DNA from: an uncultured Gammaproteobacteria bacterium | GTDB lineage: Bacteria; Patescibacteriota; Microgenomatia; UBA1406; HO2-37-13b | Direction of reading: 5' to 3' | NCBI GenBank assembly: GCA_964612595.1 | Contig: CAZTFB010000001.1 | Location: 3,058-67,057 of the forward strand | Length of the DNA stretch: 64,000 nucleotides | In this document: positions 57,951-64,000 of the stretch, in pieces | Layout: every line of letters begins with the position of its first letter | Position numbering within the stretch: position 1 is the first letter of the stretch | The notes under the pieces: model-generated | Database searches by the model: none | The model's input: only the letters and a program-made list of their open reading frames with translations | Told to the model about the DNA's origin: nothing | Translations under genes and position numbers: made by a program

Positions 57951-60135
57951 GGATGCAAAATTACTGCGTGCATTGAACTATTTATATAGTGCACTTTTTC
58001 TTGTTACGCCACTTCTTATGTTTCATAAAACATCCGAACTCTTTGAGTTTAATAAGATGTTGTTTATTTATCTTATCTCAGGCGCGGTAGCCACGATCTG
58101 GCTTTCTCGTATGATCGTTCACAAAAGAATTATACTCAAGAATACACTTTTTTCTCCACTCTTATTGGCATTTCTCTCAAGTCAGATACTTTCTACTGTC
58201 TTTTCAATTGACAAATGGACTTCGTTTTTTGGCTACTATGGAAGATTTAATGGCGGACTACTTTCAATTATTGCTTATATTGTGTTGTATCAGGCGTTTG
58301 TATCCAATTTTTCTGGAGATCAAATCAAAAAAGCAGTACATAATATCTTTAATTTTTCGCTCATCGGATCAGTACTCGTCATGTTGTGGGGATTGCCAAG
58401 TAAGTTTGGATACGATTTCTCGTGCCTGCTTTTTACAGGGAATCTTGATGTAGGTTGTTGGACTGAACAGTTTAAGCCAACAATCCGCGTATTTTCAACA
58501 CTAGGCCAACCAAACTGGTTCGGCGCGTATCTAGCGATTAACTTTTTCATCGGTCTCTACTTCTATACACGTGCGGCACGTAACAACAAGAGAGTACCTA
58601 TATACGCTGTGTATATGTTGCTTACAACAATAATGTTGTTCTATACCCGCTCACGCTCAACACTTTTGGCTGTTGCTGCGGGTCTAATAATGTTCATGTT
58701 GTATATATTTGTAAAACATAGAAAGAAACTGGTCGATAAAGCGTTCAGAATGCCGATTGGTTTGCTAATTGTCTCGATGTTATCTGCTGTTATTATCGCT
58801 AAAACGGGTATTTCTTCAATCGACAAACTCATACCGTTCTCAAGTAAACAACCAACAGGAACCACACAGCAAGATGTGCGTGGTGGAAGCGTGAAGGAGC
58901 CACAAAATCTACTTATAACCGATTCCTTCACCATACGAAAAATTGTGTGGCATGGCGGCTATACACTTGGATTGAAGTATCCATTCTTTGGTACAGGTGT
59001 TGAAACGTATGCGTATGCATATAACTTTGTACGACCAACAGCGCATAACAACACCTCAGAATGGGATTATGTCTACAATAAAGCACATAATGAATTTATA
59101 AATTACTTTGCAACAACAGGATTTATTGGATTGGGAACATACACACTGTTCCTTGGCGTAGTACTTTCGCAAGTGGTTTATATATTAAGAAAAAAGAATG
59201 ATCTATCAACAAGTGAAGAGTTAGTCGTTGTGACATGTTTATCGGCGTTTATCACCATTATTGTGACAAACTTTTTTGGCTTTTCTATTACAGTCACAAA
59301 TCTGTATTTATATATACTTCCGGCATGCATGATTTCAATAACGTCAAAAAAGCTATTTGAGCTTCCACAAAAGAATACTGGATCGCTTTCCACACAACAA
59401 AAAAGAATGCTTATGGGAACAGCGGTTGGTATGGTGTTGTGTGTCGTCTATGTTATGCGTTACTTCTTCGCCGACGTGGATTATGCCTATGGTGATAATC
59501 TCTCTAATGTTCAAGACTATGGAGGCTCATTAAATAAACTTTACAGCGCATATAATGCGCGAAACGAGCACGTATATGCTGATAAAATATCCTCTGTGCT
59601 CGCCCAACTTGCCCTCATCCAGGCTTCTACTGAGGGTGACATGAACTGTGTTTCACATAAGAATGAACTAAAACCATGCCCTGAACTTGTTGCGTATTAT
59701 GAAAAGGTGGCTCTTGATGGTTCACCTATGAACCCACTATATTATCGAACTATTTCAAGAAACGGCATCTTGCTGTATCAGGCAACAGGAGATGAAAGTT
59801 ATTTCAATACCGCAGTTGAAGCTCTTCATAAAGCAAGACAACTCGCTCCAACAGACCCTCGCTACCCCTACACGTTGGCACTTTTCTATCTCGCAAAAAT
59901 TGAAAATACAAAGTCACCAACACAAGATGAAGTAAGATTATTTGAAAATAAAGCACTCCCTACTATAGATTTTGCGATTCAGCTAAAACCTGACTATCGA
60001 GATGGCATATATGCGAAAGTGCTCATTCTCAAACAACTAAAACGAAATGCTGAAGCAAAACAACTTATTGAAAGCTACCTCGACACATACAATGCGAGTG
60101 ATGAACAGTTTATAGAAGAACGTAATGGCCTTTAA
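57949..60135 (+). CDS. O-antigen ligase/polymerase-like polytopic membrane protein with C-terminal TPR region
   Basis: The track ORF from 57721 is antisense mreB. The first ATG is at 57949 (MDAKLL). About 12 TM helices. GTGVETYAYAY...KAHNEFINYFATTGFIGLG is a Wzy_C-like motif. TPR-like tail. Confidence 0.75.
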   Translation: MDAKLLRALNYLYSALFLVTPLLMFHKTSELFEFNKMLFIYLISGAVATIWLSRMIVHKRIILKNTLFSPLLLAFLSSQILSTVFSIDKWTSFFGYYGRFNGGLLSIIAYIVLYQAFVSNFSGDQIKKAVHNIFNFSLIGSVLVMLWGLPSKFGYDFSCLLFTGNLDVGCWTEQFKPTIRVFSTLGQPNWFGAYLAINFFIGLYFYTRAARNNKRVPIYAVYMLLTTIMLFYTRSRSTLLAVAAGLIMFMLYIFVKHRKKLVDKAFRMPIGLLIVSMLSAVIIAKTGISSIDKLIPFSSKQPTGTTQQDVRGGSVKEPQNLLITDSFTIRKIVWHGGYTLGLKYPFFGTGVETYAYAYNFVRPTAHNNTSEWDYVYNKAHNEFINYFATTGFIGLGTYTLFLGVVLSQVVYILRKKNDLSTSEELVVVTCLSAFITIIVTNFFGFSITVTNLYLYILPACMISITSKKLFELPQKNTGSLSTQQKRMLMGTAVGMVLCVVYVMRYFFADVDYAYGDNLSNVQDYGGSLNKLYSAYNARNEHVYADKISSVLAQLALIQASTEGDMNCVSHKNELKPCPELVAYYEKVALDGSPMNPLYYRTISRNGILLYQATGDESYFNTAVEALHKARQLAPTDPRYPYTLALFYLAKIENTKSPTQDEVRLFENKALPTIDFAIQLKPDYRDGIYAKVLILKQLKRNAEAKQLIESYLDTYNASDEQFIEERNGL

Positions 60136-61483
60136 TCTAGCAATAGCAGCATACATGCTCACTATTCTTGGTGTTACCTTTACCCATGGTTTCTATAGCT
60201 TTGCTGGTGTGGTAATATTGATTGTTGGCTTACTTCTTTTAACCTTCGTCAGAAAACTTTCGTTTGCAGAAACTGATGTCATAGATCAGCAGTCATCATA
60301 TTACCTGCTTACCAACACACTTGTATTATCTGTTTCACTAAGTCTGATTGTTTATGGAGGTCTTTATCAACGTGATATCTTTGGCATACCCTTTATATCG
60401 AAAATACTTTTAGGAGGTTCTTTAGTTCTTGCAACGTCCTATTTAATGCAGCTTCCAACAATAAAGACCAGTTTTCAGAGGTATAGATTTTACCTATTAC
60501 TCAGCAGTATGGTGTTGGTGCAGCTGTTAATGATTCTTTCTTCTCCCGATCCAAAGATTGACATTTTCTATTCATTGAAATATGGAGCACGTGCACTAAT
60601 TAATTTTGAGAATCCCTACCAAGCTGTGTATCCACAGGTGTATGAAGGTAAAGTTCTGAACTACTTTGCTTACTTTCCCACAACACTCGCCTATTATTCA
60701 TTTTTTTCATTCTTGTTTGATCCAAGATTGGGAATAATATGTGCTCACGTTTTAATTGTTTTTCTTATAAGAAGGATTTTTACTCTGTTTCCGCATATTC
60801 CAAAAAATACGAGTGAAGTTGCATCGCTACTGTTTTTGTATTACCCTCTGCTTCCTTTTATTACAGAACAATCATTCACAGATAGTCTTACAGTATTACT
60901 TTGTACATTACTTTTCTATTACATCGTTAAGAATAGTAGGAGCAAAATTCTCTATGTTATTGTACTCATTATGAATATAAAGCAAGTCTATTTTGTTTTT
61001 TTTCCACTAATGATGTATAAAATGAGAGCTCTAAAGAATCTAATGTCAGTTGTTAAAGCATATATGCTTGGCTTAGTACTGACAGCACCTTTTTTACTAT
61101 TCTCTTTAAAAGACTTTCTTTATGACACAGTCTTTATTTATCTCCAACCCCCACAAGGAACAGTATATTCGGCATCGCTTAACCTGCGTGCATTGCTTGA
61201 TAATGCTTTTTCACTCAACATAAATCCGAATGTGCTTTTTGGATTAACGATACTATATTTTGCACTGCTATTTTTTCGTAGAGATAAGAAAATAGTGCAG
61301 GGATATGACATATGGTTATTACCTCAGTTTTTCTATGGATTATTTATTTTAGGGGGATTTGCATATCTTAACCACTATTTTTTGGTATCTCAGCTTCTAC
61401 TATTATATTGTGTAAGTTTACTTCTTAACTCTTATAACGGTAACCCAGGCAAATCGCCTACAATAAGGAAACAGCGAAAATAA
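60125..61483 (+). CDS. Polytopic membrane protein (GT-C-like glycosyltransferase suspected)
   Basis: 452 aa with more than 10 hydrophobic helices. Overlaps the upstream gene by 11 nt. Sits in the envelope-glycan cluster. Confidence 0.45.
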   Translation: MAFNLAIAAYMLTILGVTFTHGFYSFAGVVILIVGLLLLTFVRKLSFAETDVIDQQSSYYLLTNTLVLSVSLSLIVYGGLYQRDIFGIPFISKILLGGSLVLATSYLMQLPTIKTSFQRYRFYLLLSSMVLVQLLMILSSPDPKIDIFYSLKYGARALINFENPYQAVYPQVYEGKVLNYFAYFPTTLAYYSFFSFLFDPRLGIICAHVLIVFLIRRIFTLFPHIPKNTSEVASLLFLYYPLLPFITEQSFTDSLTVLLCTLLFYYIVKNSRSKILYVIVLIMNIKQVYFVFFPLMMYKMRALKNLMSVVKAYMLGLVLTAPFLLFSLKDFLYDTVFIYLQPPQGTVYSASLNLRALLDNAFSLNINPNVLFGLTILYFALLFFRRDKKIVQGYDIWLLPQFFYGLFILGGFAYLNHYFLVSQLLLLYCVSLLLNSYNGNPGKSPTIRKQRK

Positions 61484-62227
61484 TAATGCATCAATCTTAC
61501 TAAGGAGGGTAATCATTTTTTTGTGTCTATGACCTTCTTTAAGTATCTTTTTCCAGTATCGCTCTGAGTTTGGGTGTACTCTCTCAACAAAAAAATAGTA
61601 TAAAAATACAAGTAAAGTGGAGAAATGAAACTCATAATGACCTCCGATTGAGAACTTTGCGATGAATGATGCAATATCATTCATCGATAATGGCTGTTCA
61701 TCAACGGTTCTAACGCCCGAAGCCATGCGACGATACACATTAATAATTGGATTGTATGATAAGGGTTCAATAAAAAATGCTTCACCGCCTGGTTTGAGTA
61801 CACGCTTTATCTCCTTTTGGGCTTTGTTAATATCTACGTGATGAAGTACTCCATTACCATACACCACGTCGAAACTATTATCAGCATATGTGATGTTCTC
61901 AGCCGGGCAGACTTTGGTCGAAATTCTGTCTTTCACACTATACTTCGCTCTCATTTTGTTTAGAAATGTGATCATCTTATCAGAAACGTCAATGGCACAT
62001 ACTTTTGCGCCTTTCTTTGCAAAATAAATAGAAGCATCGCCAATACCACATCCGAGATCGAGGATTTTTTTGTTGCGTAGTGGTCCGATGGATGAAAGTA
62101 TAAATTTGTTCTCAAGTGCTGCTGGGGATTCAAACATTTCCCTGTAGAAAAAACCTCTTTCATTCTGATGTATAGCCCAATTATTATGAAACACTCTTTC
62201 CCTCTCTTGCCTTTGTGATAATTTCAT
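61418..62227 (-). CDS. Class I SAM-dependent methyltransferase
   Basis: ILDLGCGIGD motif I. The 3' end overlaps the convergent gene by 66 nt. Confidence 0.75.
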   Translation of the reverse strand: MKLSQRQERERVFHNNWAIHQNERGFFYREMFESPAALENKFILSSIGPLRNKKILDLGCGIGDASIYFAKKGAKVCAIDVSDKMITFLNKMRAKYSVKDRISTKVCPAENITYADNSFDVVYGNGVLHHVDINKAQKEIKRVLKPGGEAFFIEPLSYNPIINVYRRMASGVRTVDEQPLSMNDIASFIAKFSIGGHYEFHFSTLLVFLYYFFVERVHPNSERYWKKILKEGHRHKKMITLLSKIDALLFSLFPYCRRFAWVTVIRVKK

Positions 62228-62267
62228 TTTTTGATTATACCCTATATTATATCCATAATTAGCTATA

Positions 62268-62897
62268 ATGAGCTCTATGAGTAGATATATTAGTACACTT
62301 CGTAGACTCAGTCATAGTATCTTTTCAAATGAGTTTGCATATAAGTATCTGCGCATACTTATCGCAGGAAACCAGGATGGGGTTAAAGATTATGTTCGAG
62401 AGCATCTGCAGAAATATGCTGTTACTTCGGTAGTAGACATATGTTGTGGGACAGGTGATTTTGTTGATGCTCTTCCAAACAATGTCACCTATCTGGGTTA
62501 TGACAGCAATGCAAACTACATACGATTTGCAAGAAGTAAGTATAAGAACAAAAATGTGCAGTTTTTGTGCGAAGACGTATTACGACTAAAGAAGCTCAAA
62601 AAACACGATGCTACCCTTTTAATTAGTACAATGCATCACTTTGGTAACAACGATATGCAGAAATTACTTTCTGCGATCAAGCAATCATCAAATATTCTTA
62701 TAGTTGCTGACCTACTACCCAATCCGCCCAGCCCCATAGCAAGACTATTTGTGCTGCTCGATAGAGGAAACTACATCAGACCACCTAAAGATAAGATTGC
62801 ATTACTGCGCAAGGATTTCGACATTATTGCAACAATGACCATTAAATGTGGTTGGGCATACCAATACTGCATTGTTGCAAAAAACAAGAATGTATAA
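62268..62897 (+). CDS. Class I SAM-dependent methyltransferase
   Basis: VVDICCGTGDF motif I. Confidence 0.7.
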   Translation: MSSMSRYISTLRRLSHSIFSNEFAYKYLRILIAGNQDGVKDYVREHLQKYAVTSVVDICCGTGDFVDALPNNVTYLGYDSNANYIRFARSKYKNKNVQFLCEDVLRLKKLKKHDATLLISTMHHFGNNDMQKLLSAIKQSSNILIVADLLPNPPSPIARLFVLLDRGNYIRPPKDKIALLRKDFDIIATMTIKCGWAYQYCIVAKNKNV

Positions 62898-64000
62898 TCG
62901 TCCGCTCATATATCCGCTACTTATTGGTGTTATTGTGCTTGCCTTCTTTGCTAGGATGTTCTATCCAGATCTCGCAGTGTTTATAACACCTGAATTTGGC
63001 CAAAGCGATCTCTTTCATCTTAACTATCCAATGAAATTTTTTCTAAGTGATTCGCTTGCCCAAGGCCATCTTCCACTATGGAACGACTATATAGGAACCG
63101 GATTTCCTCAGTTAGCAGAAGGGCAAATTGGCGCACTGAATATGACTAATCTATTACTCTATACATTTATCCCCTTTCCCTATGTAATAAACGTTGCCTA
63201 CGTTGTGATGTTCCTTACGGCAGCATTAGGGAGTTACTTCTACTTGAGGTTTTTACATTTTGAACGTATTGTTGCGTTTTTATGTGCCATTCTCTTCTCA
63301 TTCTCTGGCTACTTTATTACGCATGCTATTCATATTAATGTTGTTCATGCGTCATCATACTTGCCGTGGATTTTTCTCCTAGCCCACGCGTTCATCCGCA
63401 CGAATAAATTATTTTACGCACTAATTCTTTCATTAGTAGTGTCACAACAATATTTTGCAGGACATCCCCAGACGACATTTATTACGCTTTTGGGAATAAC
63501 ACTTTTATATGTACATGCTCGTAGAAAACAATTGTTTCATTTGGGCACATATTTCATCCCTTTAGTAACTCTGCTTATTGTGTGTGGTCTCATCGCCGTA
63601 CAGTTTATGCCCTCACACGAGTTACTTAATATATCTAATAGGAAGGATGGATTTAATCTTGATCAGGCAACACGATTCAGCTTCCCGATTGGTCATGTTA
63701 TGGGATTTATAGACCCAAATTTTTTAGGTAGTCCTAAAGATGGTACATACCCAGACTTCAATACACTCAAGGGTAGCATTTATTGGGAAAATACCGGATA
63801 TATAGGTATTCTGCCACTTGTTTTAATTATGCTTGCATTACTGATGAAGAAAAAATCATCATTGCACGTATTCTATGTTTTTTTACTCACCGTTGCATTT
63901 GTGCTTATGCTTGGTAAGCATTCTCCTTTTCATCCGATATTTACTATTCCTCCGTTTAGCATGTTTCGTGTTCCATCTCGATTCATGCTTTTGCTTGTTT
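62890..64000 (+). CDS. YfhO-like polytopic membrane glycosyltransferase (partial, continues past right edge)
   Basis: Not in the track because it has no stop in the window. ATG 62890 overlaps the previous stop. It reads MYNRPLIYPLLIGVIVLAFF...HLPLWNDYIGTGFPQLAEGQIGALN, a YfhO-family N-terminal pattern. Confidence 0.6.
   Translation, partial: MYNRPLIYPLLIGVIVLAFFARMFYPDLAVFITPEFGQSDLFHLNYPMKFFLSDSLAQGHLPLWNDYIGTGFPQLAEGQIGALNMTNLLLYTFIPFPYVINVAYVVMFLTAALGSYFYLRFLHFERIVAFLCAILFSFSGYFITHAIHINVVHASSYLPWIFLLAHAFIRTNKLFYALILSLVVSQQYFAGHPQTTFITLLGITLLYVHARRKQLFHLGTYFIPLVTLLIVCGLIAVQFMPSHELLNISNRKDGFNLDQATRFSFPIGHVMGFIDPNFLGSPKDGTYPDFNTLKGSIYWENTGYIGILPLVLIMLALLMKKKSSLHVFYVFLLTVAFVLMLGKHSPFHPIFTIPPFSMFRVPSRFMLLLV

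Overview
The window is gene-dense, about 40-45% G+C by hand counts, and coded mostly on the minus strand. It looks like a reduced-genome bacterium of the Candidate Phyla Radiation/Patescibacteria type. That placement is an inference from several observations: a very divergent 16S rRNA gene with insertions and no adjacent 23S, an archaeal/eukaryote-type ProRS, shortened translation factors, a sortase next to a giant LPXTG protein, and leaderless-type promoters.

Contents, left to right:
- gyrB-ppa-gyrA.
- A ~0.5 kb block of ~65% G+C foreign-looking DNA carrying one small ORF.
- A sortase operon with a 2436-aa surface protein.
- Translation and housekeeping genes: rpmE, a short RF1, hisS, rpsR-ssb-rpsF, cysS, rnj, recR, prs, dnaX, rpsU, proS, rseP, frr, tsf, rpsB.
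- A ~5.8 kb decaying integrative island next to tRNA-Pro, with two large serine recombinase genes.
- A translationally coupled dcd-dut-thyA-folA operon, followed by a membrane-anchored AAA+ protein and an NDT-like/Tmk fusion.
- tRNA-Ile, corA and glnA.
- An IS200/RAYT-like gene with 49-bp inverted ends abutting tRNA-Ala.
- A 16S rRNA gene of ~1.9 kb.
- An envelope-glycan cluster: mreB, an O-antigen-ligase-like protein, polytopic membrane proteins and two methyltransferases.

The observation I rate highest is inside the 16S gene. Helix 17 carries a 396-bp insertion bounded by terminal inverted repeats (TIRs) and encoding a GIY-YIG nuclease. The V1 hairpin of the same gene is a perfect 52-nt palindrome whose arms match those TIRs at 19 of 23 positions. 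This suggests an autonomous plus miniature pair of rRNA-helix-targeting elements.

The second is the unameliorated high-GC gene cassette upstream of gyrB.

No CRISPR array was seen. All calls are by eye; no database searches were run.
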